The translations under genes and the position numbers were made by a program. Shown here one piece after another: positions 9,835 to 19,459 of a DNA stretch of 64,000 bases. Each line of letters begins with the position of its first letter. Position 1 is the first letter of the stretch. Origin of the DNA: Pedobacter sp. (GTDB lineage Bacteria > Desulfobacterota > Desulfuromonadia > Desulfuromonadales > Syntrophotaleaceae); assembly GCA_050253415.1 (NCBI GenBank), contig JBFWJC010000002.1, forward strand, positions 576,725 through 640,724, in the 5' to 3' direction. The notes beneath the pieces are model-generated. The model ran no database searches, was not told the origin of the DNA, and saw nothing but the letters and a program-made list of their open reading frames with translations.

Positions 9835-10797
9835 ATGGACGCTTTCAGTCTGGATACATTGCTGCTTTGTTTCGGTGGCGGCATTGTCAGTGCGGCATTG
9901 GGTGGGCTGTTTTCTTTCGCCCTTTGCGGTGCCATCGTTGTAGCCGGTTGTCTGGTCGTATTTGCTGGCGGATCGGACTTTATCCTGTTGCAGGTCGGCC
10001 TCGGTCCCATCTGGGGGCCGCATGTCGGTGGCTTTTCTGCGGGAGTTTGCGCGGCGGCTTACGCTGCCGGTATCCGGAACAATAACCCCGGCGGCAGTGG
10101 CAAGGATATCCTCTCGCCCCTGGTTGGGACATCCTGGGATGTTTTGGCTGTTGGCGGCTTTGTTGCGGTTCTCAGTCATCTGTTGTTGCAGGTGCTGACT
10201 ACGATCCCGGTAATCAACCAGTCGGACTGTATCGCCCTTACGATCGTTATTGTGGCGATAGTATCCCGACTGCTGTTCTGTAAGCAGGGACCGTTCGGTT
10301 CTTTGGATTCGATCAAAGAACACGGATTGCTGGGTACCAATGACTGGTCCCTTTCCTGGGTGCCCTGGATGTCCAAAACACCGCAGCTGATCGTTTTCAG
10401 CTTCGGCGCCGGTCTGCTGTCAGGGGCCGTAGCGATGGGCACGAAAGGTATTCTCGCTCCCATGGCGAGTGCCGGCACGATCTCTGCCGCCGGGGCCTTT
10501 GTGGTGCCTCTGATTTTTGGGTGGGGTGTAGCCGCAGCGTCTTTGATCTGTCTGGAACTCGGCAACGGTGAGATCCAGAAGTTCCCGGTCTGGCATTGTC
10601 AGGCGATTCTTGCGGCATTGGCTTACATGCATTTCGGTTCGTTGCTGGTGGCTGGGATTGTCGGTTTGCTCGCAGGACTGCTGCAGGAACTTCTTGCCCG
10701 GATGTTCTGGAACCACGGTTCGACCCATATCGATCCCCCGGCATTCGGCATTGCCGTAGGCACTCTGTTACTGAATCTTGCGAAAGCCGCCATTTAA
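9835..10797 (+). CDS. Uncharacterised polytopic membrane protein, candidate diol/alcohol permease
   Basis: 320 aa, about 10 Gly/Ala-rich hydrophobic segments, GPHVGG and THIDPPA motifs; strong RBS; first gene of the GRE operon. Confidence 0.75.
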   Translation: MDAFSLDTLLLCFGGGIVSAALGGLFSFALCGAIVVAGCLVVFAGGSDFILLQVGLGPIWGPHVGGFSAGVCAAAYAAGIRNNNPGGSGKDILSPLVGTSWDVLAVGGFVAVLSHLLLQVLTTIPVINQSDCIALTIVIVAIVSRLLFCKQGPFGSLDSIKEHGLLGTNDWSLSWVPWMSKTPQLIVFSFGAGLLSGAVAMGTKGILAPMASAGTISAAGAFVVPLIFGWGVAAASLICLELGNGEIQKFPVWHCQAILAALAYMHFGSLLVAGIVGLLAGLLQELLARMFWNHGSTHIDPPAFGIAVGTLLLNLAKAAI

Positions 10798-10916
10798 ATA
10801 AGCGGTTTTTAGGTAAGTAAAATATGACCAAAATCCTGTGAAACACTACGTCCAAAACGGACGCTGAGAGCACCTTGAAGCATCTGTCAAATCTCTTTAA
10901 CCGTAAGGAGAAAGTC

Positions 10917-13319
10917 ATGTCTCAAAAACAAACTGTTCAGATCAATTCCGCAGTAGCCGAGCATGGACCGTCGAATCGCGTGGAGCAGGTTAAGGACCGG
11001 TTCCTTACCTACACTCCCGAAATCTGCCCGGAACGGGCCCGTCTGATCACCGAGTCCTATAAGGAAACCGAAGCTCTGCCAATGCATCTGCGTCGGGCCA
11101 AGTCTCTGGAAAAGATTCTGGCCGGCATGTCGATTTTCATCGAGGACGATGAGCTGATCGTCGGCAACCAGTGCAGCAAGCCCCGCTCAACCCCGATCTT
11201 CCCGGAATTTTCCTGCCAGTGGCTGGAAGATGAGCTGGATCGTCTCGCTAAACGCCAGGCGGATGTTTTCCTGATCTCCGAAGATACCAAAGCTATCCTG
11301 CGTGATGAGGTCTTTCCCTACTGGGCCGGAAAAACCAATCAGGAGTACGCGACCTCTTTGATGACTCCCGAGGCACTCGCCGCACAGGGTGCCGGGGTGT
11401 TCACGGTCGGCAACTACTATTTTAACGGTGTCGGTCATATCTCCGTCGATTACCAGAAAGTCCTCGAAGATGGCCTGGACGGTATTATTGCCGAGGCCGA
11501 GTCCGCCAAAGCCACCCTCGATTGCGCTGATCCGGATGACTTGAAGAAGGGGCAGTTCCTCGATGCCGTGATCATCAGCAACAAGGCGGTTATCGCTTTT
11601 GCCAACCGCTTTGCCGACGAAGCTGAGAAGCTTGCAGCGTCTGCCGACGCCACCCGCAAGGCCGAACTGCTGGAAATAGCCCGTATCTGCCGCAAGGTAC
11701 CTGCACAGCCGGCGGCAACCTTCCACGAAGCACTGCAGTCCTTCTGGTTCCTTCAACTGGTGATCCAGATCGAAAGCAACGGTCACTCCATTTCACCGAT
11801 GCGCATGGATCAGTATCTCCATCCTTACTATGCCGCGGATAAGGCCAATCTCGGCGCCGAAAAGGTTCAGGAACTGGTGGACCTGCTGTGGATCAAGATG
11901 GCCGGCGTCAACAAGGTGCGCGACGAGGGCTCGACTCAGGCCTTCGGTGGTTATCCCATGTTCCAGAATATCATCGTCGGCGGTGTCGATCGTCACGGTG
12001 AGGATGCCACCAACGAGCTGTCCCTTATCCTGATGCAGGCGACCGCCAATACCGCCCTGTATGCTCCTTCGCTCTCCGTTCGTATTCACGAAGGGACGCC
12101 GACCCTGTTCTGGAAAAAGGCTGCCGAAGTGGCCCGTCTGGGTCTCGGCATGCCCGCCTGGTACAACGACCGGGTTGTTATTCCCGCTCTTCTGTCACGC
12201 GGCCTGACCCTGGAAGATGCTCGCGATTATGGCATCATCGGTTGTGTCGAGCCCCAGGTTGGCGGTAAGACCGAAGGCTGGCATGATGCTGCGTTCTTCA
12301 GCATGTCCAAGGTTCTGGAGCTGGCTCTGAATAACGGTTACGATCCCATGGGCAAGGTGCAGCTCGGACCGCAAACCGGTTCGGTCGAAGATTTCAAGAG
12401 CTTTGACGACGTGGTGGCTGCGTATCAGAAACAGATGGAATATTTCGTCAAGCTGCTGTGCCATTCTGATAATGCCGTCGACTTGGCTCACGCCAAGAAT
12501 GTTCCCCTGCCTTTCCTCTCCGGGATGGTCGAAGACTGCATCGGTCGCGGCAAGTCGGTCCAGGAAGGTGGCGCCATTTACAATTTTACCGGGCCTCAGG
12601 GCGTCGGTGTGGCCAACGTCGGCGACTCTCTGGCAGCCATCAAGAAATTCTGCTTCGATGAAAAGGTTCTCTCTCTGCCCGAGCTTAAGGCGGCTATGGA
12701 CAAGGATTTCGAAGGCGCCGAGGAACTGCGCCAGATGCTGGTAAATAGGGCACCGAAATACGGCAACGATGATGACTATGCCGACGAGGTGGCGGTTATG
12801 GCGACCGATATCTATTGTGCCGAAGTGCAGAAATACCGCAATCCGCGTAACGGTATTTTCCAGCCCGGACTCTATCCGGTCTCGGCCAATGTGCCCCTGG
12901 GCTGCGTGGTTGCCGCAACGCCCGACGGACGCAAGTGCGGTCAGCCGCTGGCTGACGGGGTTTCGCCGCAGGGTGGGTTCGACACCTCCGGTCCCACGGC
13001 CACCGTCTGCTCGGTCGCTAAACTGGATCACACCGTGGCATCCAACGGTACATTGCTGAACCAGAAATTCTCCCCCGATTCGCTGGCCGGGGAAGACGGA
13101 CTGCAGAAGTTGATTGCCGTTACCGATACCTTCTTCAAGCGGGGCGGATTCCACGTGCAGTACAACGTCATATCCCGCGAGGTGTTGGAAGATGCACAGG
13201 CCAATCCCGATAATTACAAAGGCTTGGTTGTTCGTGTGGCTGGTTACAGTGCCTTCTTTACGGTTCTGGATAAATCGATTCAGAACGATATTATCAGTCG
13301 TACCGAGCAGGTAGCCTGA
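10917..13319 (+). CDS. Glycyl radical enzyme, B12-independent diol/glycerol dehydratase clade
   Basis: RVAGYSA glycyl loop, GCVEP Cys loop, NGVGHISVDY, ESNGHSIS, WHDAAFF and GLYPVSAN motifs typical of the DhaB1/propanediol dehydratase clade; AAGGAG RBS. Confidence 0.92.
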   Translation: MSQKQTVQINSAVAEHGPSNRVEQVKDRFLTYTPEICPERARLITESYKETEALPMHLRRAKSLEKILAGMSIFIEDDELIVGNQCSKPRSTPIFPEFSCQWLEDELDRLAKRQADVFLISEDTKAILRDEVFPYWAGKTNQEYATSLMTPEALAAQGAGVFTVGNYYFNGVGHISVDYQKVLEDGLDGIIAEAESAKATLDCADPDDLKKGQFLDAVIISNKAVIAFANRFADEAEKLAASADATRKAELLEIARICRKVPAQPAATFHEALQSFWFLQLVIQIESNGHSISPMRMDQYLHPYYAADKANLGAEKVQELVDLLWIKMAGVNKVRDEGSTQAFGGYPMFQNIIVGGVDRHGEDATNELSLILMQATANTALYAPSLSVRIHEGTPTLFWKKAAEVARLGLGMPAWYNDRVVIPALLSRGLTLEDARDYGIIGCVEPQVGGKTEGWHDAAFFSMSKVLELALNNGYDPMGKVQLGPQTGSVEDFKSFDDVVAAYQKQMEYFVKLLCHSDNAVDLAHAKNVPLPFLSGMVEDCIGRGKSVQEGGAIYNFTGPQGVGVANVGDSLAAIKKFCFDEKVLSLPELKAAMDKDFEGAEELRQMLVNRAPKYGNDDDYADEVAVMATDIYCAEVQKYRNPRNGIFQPGLYPVSANVPLGCVVAATPDGRKCGQPLADGVSPQGGFDTSGPTATVCSVAKLDHTVASNGTLLNQKFSPDSLAGEDGLQKLIAVTDTFFKRGGFHVQYNVISREVLEDAQANPDNYKGLVVRVAGYSAFFTVLDKSIQNDIISRTEQVA

Positions 13320-13326
13320 TATCGGA

Positions 13327-13355
13327 CAGCCGCGGGGGGAGTCCCCCCGCGGCTG
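13327..13355 (+). other. GC-rich intercistronic hairpin between GRE and activase
   Basis: CAGCCGCGGGGGG-AGT-CCCCCCGCGGCTG, 13-bp perfect stem, no U-tract. Confidence 0.7.
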
Positions 13356-13435
13356 GTTAAAGTTCGAAGGGGTTGGGTTTGCCGCAAGTGATCTATTGGC
13401 AATACCGTAATCATTAGCAGAAAGATGGTCGGACC

Positions 13436-14407
13436 ATGAACTGGACAGACAAACTGTATGACTTCAACGCCCTGCAGGAGCCTGAATGGGAGCCTAGAGG
13501 GTTGGTCTTCGATGTGCAACGATTCGCCATTCATGATGGGGGAGGCATTCGTACCAACGTGTTCATGAAGGGATGTCCTCTCGATTGCCTGTGGTGCCAG
13601 AATCCGGAATCGATTCGTTGGCGTCAGGATATCACCTTCATCGAGCCTCATTGCATTCAATGCCGGAAATGCATTGAGGTCTGTCCTGTTTCAGCCATCG
13701 AAACGAATGAAAAAGATCAGCGTGTCACAGGCATCGACAGGAAAAAATGCATTCTGTGTGGAGCCTGTTTCAAGAGTTGCTATGCCGGTGCTATCAATAT
13801 CATCGGTCGCTGGCTTAGCGTCGAGGATCTGGTAGACATGGTCCGTCGGGATACTGATTTTTATATCGCATCCGGTGGAGGGGTGACTTTCAGCGGAGGA
13901 GAACCGACAGGTCAACCCAAATTTTTGCTGGCAGCATTGCAGGCCATGCAGGGAATTGGGTTGCATACAGCCGTGGAGACATGTCTGCATATCGCCTGGG
14001 AGCAGTTGGAACCTTTGTTGCCCCATGTAGATTTGCTGCTTACCGATATTAAGCACATGGATTCTCAGCAGCATAGCACTTTGACCGGTGTGCCCAACGA
14101 TCTGATTCTGGATAATTTCAGAAAGATTGCAGCAAGGAATATCCCTGTAAGGGTTCGTCTACCCTTGATCTGTGGCCTGAACGACAGCACGCAGAATTTG
14201 CAGGCGACGGCGGATCTGGTTCTTTCCTGCAAAAATATCAAGGGTGTGGACGTGTTGCCTTACAACCGACTCGGCATCAGTAAGTGTCGGCAGCTTGGTA
14301 GCGAATACGCACTGGCGGATCTTACTCCTCCTTCGAGGGAAAAAGTCGAGGAGGCAGCCATGTTTTTCCGCAACGTGATAGATGATGTCACTATCGGCGG
14401 TGCGTAG
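13436..14407 (+). CDS. Glycyl-radical enzyme activating protein (radical SAM with ferredoxin-like insert)
   Basis: HDGGGIRT..KGCPLDCLWCQNPES, two CxxCxxCxxxC inserts, GGVTFSGGEP. Confidence 0.95.
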   Translation: MNWTDKLYDFNALQEPEWEPRGLVFDVQRFAIHDGGGIRTNVFMKGCPLDCLWCQNPESIRWRQDITFIEPHCIQCRKCIEVCPVSAIETNEKDQRVTGIDRKKCILCGACFKSCYAGAINIIGRWLSVEDLVDMVRRDTDFYIASGGGVTFSGGEPTGQPKFLLAALQAMQGIGLHTAVETCLHIAWEQLEPLLPHVDLLLTDIKHMDSQQHSTLTGVPNDLILDNFRKIAARNIPVRVRLPLICGLNDSTQNLQATADLVLSCKNIKGVDVLPYNRLGISKCRQLGSEYALADLTPPSREKVEEAAMFFRNVIDDVTIGGA

Positions 14408-14607
14408 AAAGCCATTATGAAAATCTGTTTTGGGCGTCTGCTTCTTGTCTTTGTAATGAAGGGATCTGTTCGGAATGTCGGGATTTCGAACGGATCCTAC
14501 CCTCCTGAGTCCAGAGTGAAATTGCAACAGTCTTTTTGAAGCATCCACCCCTTTGCAAAGATCTCTGAATGTTTAAAAAATAGAGTAATATCAATGATTT
14601 ATTGTAT

Positions 14608-14633
14608 GGCCTGCAAATGCGCAGGCCTTTTTT
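14608..14633 (+). terminator. Intrinsic terminator after the activase gene
   Basis: GGCCTGC/GCAGGCC stem plus T6. Confidence 0.7.
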
Positions 14634-14656
14634 GTTGGGAATGAAATGGCATTGAA

Positions 14657-14722
14657 AAGGGGTATGACCCCATCCCTCATTTATCCCTCCTGACGGTTGT
14701 TAGAAATCCCCTTTGTGGGGAT
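14657..14722. promoter_or_regulatory. Operator-like region upstream of the porin, related to 9641-9714
   Basis: CCCCATCCCTCAT..ATCCCTCCTGACGGTT..ATCCCC-TTTGT-GGGGAT palindrome (14706-14722). Confidence 0.55.
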
Positions 14723-14857
14723 GTTTTTCTAATTGTAACAAAGTTATTTTGTGACCGAACTGGGCATGAAATCAGGTAGGGATGGGGGGTGAACATTCAA
14801 CTGCTACGTTTATGCTTTCCTGTAATTCATCAGTACCATTATTTATTGGAGGTAAGT

Positions 14858-16105
14858 ATGCGTTTGACCCGACTTATGGCTGTTGTGTTGGTTGCTATGG
14901 CAACTCAGGTGTTCTTGATTTCTACTTCTTTTGCAACATTTGTCGTTGGTGGGAATGATGGTTGGACATTCAGTACCGATGGGAACGTGAACATTTTTGC
15001 CGCGTATGAAAGCGGCGATGAAAAACCGGCTTTTGGTCTCGGTACCCGTCGTGGCGGGACCATGGCCGATGGTCAGGAAGGTTATCGCGAGCGCGTCGGT
15101 TTCGTCCCCGGATGGCTGGGATTCAATATCAAAGCTCCCACTATGGGCGGATTGGACATGGCGGCTCGTATCAGCTTTTGTCCGACCTTCGATGCAAAGG
15201 ATGTGGGTAAATCCAAGAACTCGTTTGGCAATCAGATCGACCTGCGCGAGATTTATTTCACCGTCGACGGGAACTTCGGGCAGATTCTGGCCGGTAAAAC
15301 TCTCAGCCTGTATCAGGGTGGCAACATTGGTACCGACATGACACTTTGGGGATATGGTGCCCAAGGCGGCATTGACGGTGGTGGTACCCCGCTTGGGCGT
15401 ATCGGTTATGGCTATGTCTACCCCCAGTTCAATGCGCAGGTAAGGTATACCTCGCCCGATGTTGCCGGGTTCAAAATTGCTGTTGGCCTATACGATCCCA
15501 GCGTGATCAATGGCTATACGGTCGAAGCCAGAGAAACCACCTTGCCCCGGGTCGAAAGTGAACTTTCCTATGCGGGAGTTTTTGAGGGCGGTAGCTATAA
15601 AACCTGGGTGTCGGGCATGTATCAGGAGGCCAAATTTACCGGTGACAGCGGTTTGTCCGGAAGTGTCGAAGCTTATGGTGTGGCCGGTGGTATTCAGGTG
15701 CTGTACAAAGGGTTTGACATCGTTCTCTCCGGTTTTGAAAATCAGGGGGTTGGGTCCCTTTTGATGCTTGATTACGACTCTCTGGACTCGGTCGGTGAGG
15801 AGCGTGACGGCAGGGGCTATATCGCACAGCTTATGTATGGGTTTGATAACTCCTGGGGGAAAACCAAACTTGGAATCAGCTATGGCGCCAATATCATGGA
15901 TGAAACGGCAGCGGACAGGCAGGATCGGTTGTCCGGAGCAGAGGTCCAGATTGAGGAGCAAAAGCTGTTCGGTGTTGGCGTCTATCATGACATCAATGCC
16001 AATCTTAAAGTAATCCTTGAGTATTTCTATACCGATAATCAATGGTTTGATGGGGCCGGTCAGCAAAGCAATATGGTTGCAGTGGGTACCTTCTTTACCT
16101 GGTAA
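14858..16105 (+). CDS. Outer-membrane porin (Gram-negative porin-like)
   Basis: Signal peptide, FGQILAGK strand, amphipathic beta-strands, C-terminal aromatic (GTFFTW); GGAGG RBS. Confidence 0.85.
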   Translation: MRLTRLMAVVLVAMATQVFLISTSFATFVVGGNDGWTFSTDGNVNIFAAYESGDEKPAFGLGTRRGGTMADGQEGYRERVGFVPGWLGFNIKAPTMGGLDMAARISFCPTFDAKDVGKSKNSFGNQIDLREIYFTVDGNFGQILAGKTLSLYQGGNIGTDMTLWGYGAQGGIDGGGTPLGRIGYGYVYPQFNAQVRYTSPDVAGFKIAVGLYDPSVINGYTVEARETTLPRVESELSYAGVFEGGSYKTWVSGMYQEAKFTGDSGLSGSVEAYGVAGGIQVLYKGFDIVLSGFENQGVGSLLMLDYDSLDSVGEERDGRGYIAQLMYGFDNSWGKTKLGISYGANIMDETAADRQDRLSGAEVQIEEQKLFGVGVYHDINANLKVILEYFYTDNQWFDGAGQQSNMVAVGTFFTW

Positions 16106-16529
16106 GTTTATTTTGTCCTAGGGGGCTGGCGGGGTGTCTGATTCAGGTGCCCCGTCGCTTTTTAGGCGGCGTGAATGGATAGGATGGGAGGGCGTGGCTT
16201 TAGAGGTGTGGCGCAACTTGTGTTGAAATGCCGAATACGATATATTGATAAACCAAACTAAAATAATATTTTTCAAGTATGGGTATTGCTTAAGAAAGAA
16301 CTACGTATATGTTTGATTGGGAAAGTACAAAGGTTTTTTTGAAGAGGTCTTCACGCCTATTCCGGCATCATAATGTCATTTTAACATTTATAAAGACGCC
16401 AATTTTTCAGCCATACTTATTTCATAATTTGCATTTATAAGGTCACAGTAGTGACCTTTTTGTTTGATTGATGCTGCAGCTATTTTAAAGAGGCAGTCTT
16501 GTAAGACCCGTTGTCCTTTGGAGATATAG

Positions 16530-17177
16530 ATGGGTATGGATACGCATGATCCCGTAAAAGTCTTTTTGGTTGATGATCATCCATTATTGCGAACCGGATT
16601 GAGGTTTACTCTCGATGGTATGGAGGATCTTAATCTTATTGGGGAAGCTTCGGATGGATTTGAAGGCGTTGAAAAAATTCTCAAAAATCCTCCGGATATT
16701 GCGTTGATTGACATCGATTTGCCGGGTATTTCCGGCATTACCGTCATCGAGATGGTCAAAAAAAAGCTTCGCAATATAAAGATTATCGCCCTGTCCTCTT
16801 ATTCTGAAAAAACTTTTGTGACCGGTGCTATGGCCGCTGGTGCGGATGGATACATGCTTAAGGCCATCAGCATTATGGCTTTGGTCGATTTTCTCAGAGA
16901 TTTCGCCAGGGGAGAAAATCCCAGTTCGCCTTATTTGCTTGATATGGCCGTACCCGATGAGGAGGGAGGCGAGCAGGATCCCGTTCATATCACGCCACGG
17001 GAGCATCAAATCCTAGAGTTGATTTCTGAGGGGAAAAGTAACAAGCAGATTTCCAGCGAAATTTTTCTTAGTATCGAAACGGTTAAAACTCATATTAAAA
17101 AGATTTTTAGCAAGCTGGAGGTAAAAAACCGTCTGGAGGCCGTTGTTGCGGCCCGACAGCGGAAAATCATTGAATAA
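16530..17177 (+). CDS. NarL/LuxR-family response regulator
   Basis: VDDHPLLRTG receiver, LIDIDLPG phospho-Asp, ITPREHQIL..GKSNKQIS..TVKTHIKKIFSKL HTH. Confidence 0.95.
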   Translation: MGMDTHDPVKVFLVDDHPLLRTGLRFTLDGMEDLNLIGEASDGFEGVEKILKNPPDIALIDIDLPGISGITVIEMVKKKLRNIKIIALSSYSEKTFVTGAMAAGADGYMLKAISIMALVDFLRDFARGENPSSPYLLDMAVPDEEGGEQDPVHITPREHQILELISEGKSNKQISSEIFLSIETVKTHIKKIFSKLEVKNRLEAVVAARQRKIIE

Positions 17178-17265
17178 ATGCCGAGGTAGTTATGCTTGCC
17201 TCGCATGGCTAAACAATATGATGCAATGTCGGATGTTCTGAATCGGTTAACCGGGGAGGACGTGC

Positions 17266-17688
17266 ATGGTTGAGGCAAGGATTAGAGTCTTTTTGGCAGA
17301 TGATCACCCTTTGATCCGCACCGGGTTATCGTTGGCGTTTGAATTCGACCCCAAGGTTGCCATTATCGGTACTGCCGACAATGGTTGTGATGCCATAGAG
17401 GAAATAGAAAGGCTTCTTCCCGATCTCGTGCTTATGGATCTCGATATGCCCGGTTTGTCCGGGGTTGCAGCAATAAGGGAATTACGGAAGAAGTTTCCTG
17501 TGATGCAAATTTTGGTCTTGTCCACGTACAATGATCGTAAATACCTTGAAGATTCTCTCGAAGCAGGCGCTACGGGATACGTTTTAAAAACAATAAGTAT
17601 AGAATCATTATCAAATCTGATTATCGATATTAAGGAAAATAACGAAATTGTTTCACCGTACGTGTTATTTCTTAATAGGGATTCGTAA
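17266..17688 (+). CDS. Single-domain response regulator (NarL-type receiver, no HTH)
   Basis: ADDHPLIRTG, LMDLDMPG, GATGYVLK; 140 aa. Confidence 0.9.
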   Translation: MVEARIRVFLADDHPLIRTGLSLAFEFDPKVAIIGTADNGCDAIEEIERLLPDLVLMDLDMPGLSGVAAIRELRKKFPVMQILVLSTYNDRKYLEDSLEAGATGYVLKTISIESLSNLIIDIKENNEIVSPYVLFLNRDS

Positions 17689-17782
17689 CAGGAAAAACAA
17701 TATTGATCGTATTTTTTTCAAGTTAAATGAAAAAATTCTTTATAAAGCATGACATAAAAGCAGTGGCTTTAAAGAGGTTTAA

Positions 17783-19459
17783 ATGAAAAAAACCCTCAAC
17801 CTTCTTGATCTTGTTGATAAAGAGACTCTTGACGAAATACTCGATGCTTTTAACGAAGTATGTGGTATCGGATCGGTTATCGCTGATGTAGAAGGACGTC
17901 CCTTGTCCGGGGAAAAAAACTTTACCAAATTTTGCGCCAAATATTGCCGGGGGACGGAATCCGGGCGCAAGAAATGCTACGCGAGTGACGCCTTTGGCGG
18001 CGAGATGTCTCTGAAGCAACAGGAGCCGTACGTCTACAATTGCCTGAATTCCGGTTTGGTGGACTGCGCGACGCCGATTATCGTTGAAGGCTACCATCTT
18101 GCCAACCTGAATGGTGGCCAGGTTTTGGAAGATCCCATCCCTGAAGATATCGCGATTGCCAGAGCCAAAGCCATCGGGGTTGAAGATATCGATGGCTATC
18201 TGGCGGAACTTGCCAAAGTCCCGTTTGTCACTAAAGCCAAATTGCAGAAAATTGTTAAATTCATGGCGGTTATAACGCGTACCTTGAGCGATATGGCTAT
18301 GCAAAAATACTTGTTGGCCAAACAGTCAAAGGAATATCTGAACAAATTGGTCAATAGTGTCTCCGACTGTATTTTTGCCATTGATGTCAACTTCCGGATT
18401 ACTATGGTCAACAAGGTTTGCCATGAGGCATTTGGTTATGATGGTGGTCAGCTTTACGGGAAAAACTTTTGCGAGCTCTTGGCTCCAGGTGATAAAATCC
18501 TCGAATGTAAAAGTAAATTGGACCATGGGGCAGAAGATAACTTCCGAGTGGAAATGGAAGGGGTTAATAGCGACGGTAGCAAGTTCCCTGCCCAGGTATC
18601 TATTTCACGTATCAACGACGAAGACGGTGCCGTGGCCGGCTATGTCGCCATTTTGAGGAATATTACTGAAGAAAAACGGCATGAAAAAATGAAACAAGAT
18701 CTTGTGGCTATGTTGAGTCACGACATGCGGAATCCGATTTCCGCAATCAACAAGACTCTGGAATTACTTTCTACGGAACGGATTGGCAGTATTAACCAGA
18801 AGCAGGAGCATGTTATCAGGCTTGCGTCTAACACAAATGATCATTTGTGTAGTATGGTTAACTCATTTTTGGATATTTTCAGAGAAGAAAATACAAACTT
18901 TCAGCTAAACAAGACATCTTTCAACCTTGATTCTGTTATAAATGATTGTATTGAGGAACAATCCTTATTGTTGGCCGACAAGAATCTTGGAATAAAATAT
19001 TCGCCAAAAAATACAGCATTGGATGTTCATCTAGATCTTATCCGCATGAAAAGAACGATAACCAATCTTCTCTCCAATGCAATTAATTACAGTGTTGCCG
19101 GTGGAGTTATCAGCGTTGAAGCCAGGCGCGTTTTTGGCCGTAATAAGGTGCTCTTAAATGTCGTTAAAAGTCACCTTGTCGGGCATATAGATCCCTCTCG
19201 GAAATACCTGTGGGTTGCCGTTAAAGATCAAGGGTATGGCGTGCCCGAAGAGTACCAGGAAGCGATTTTCGAGAAATTTTTTACAGTCGAAAGCAGAGAG
19301 GGGATGGGGCGGCGTGGCATAGGCCTGGGGTTGGCATTTTGTAAACTTGTTACGGATGCGCATGGTGGAATCATTTTTGTCCGCACACCGACAAGTAAGC
19401 CCAAGTACCAGAAAACACCCGGGTGCGAGTTTCACCTTGTCGTGCCGGTTGCCCAGTGA
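17783..19459 (+). CDS. Cytoplasmic histidine kinase: PocR ligand-binding, PAS, HisKA and HATPase domains
   Basis: PocR-like FC..R..C..SD and YNCLNSGLVDCATPIIVEG..GGQV; PAS; SHDMRNP H-box, NLLSNAINY, DQGYG, GIGLGL; no TM segments. Confidence 0.9.
   Translation: MKKTLNLLDLVDKETLDEILDAFNEVCGIGSVIADVEGRPLSGEKNFTKFCAKYCRGTESGRKKCYASDAFGGEMSLKQQEPYVYNCLNSGLVDCATPIIVEGYHLANLNGGQVLEDPIPEDIAIARAKAIGVEDIDGYLAELAKVPFVTKAKLQKIVKFMAVITRTLSDMAMQKYLLAKQSKEYLNKLVNSVSDCIFAIDVNFRITMVNKVCHEAFGYDGGQLYGKNFCELLAPGDKILECKSKLDHGAEDNFRVEMEGVNSDGSKFPAQVSISRINDEDGAVAGYVAILRNITEEKRHEKMKQDLVAMLSHDMRNPISAINKTLELLSTERIGSINQKQEHVIRLASNTNDHLCSMVNSFLDIFREENTNFQLNKTSFNLDSVINDCIEEQSLLLADKNLGIKYSPKNTALDVHLDLIRMKRTITNLLSNAINYSVAGGVISVEARRVFGRNKVLLNVVKSHLVGHIDPSRKYLWVAVKDQGYGVPEEYQEAIFEKFFTVESREGMGRRGIGLGLAFCKLVTDAHGGIIFVRTPTSKPKYQKTPGCEFHLVVPVAQ

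Noticed and set aside
12195..13154. 319-aa minus-strand ORF
   Set aside because: Shadow of the glycyl radical enzyme gene
10917..13319. Annotation as pyruvate formate-lyase or choline TMA-lyase
   Set aside because: It has a single Cys in GCVEP rather than the PFL Cys-Cys pair, and the pocket motifs match the diol/glycerol dehydratase clade rather than CutC
16439..16461. AAGGTCAC-AGTA-GTGACCTT inverted repeat upstream of the NarL-type gene
   Set aside because: The palindrome is real, but it is a single short instance and I cannot tell operator from terminator or chance
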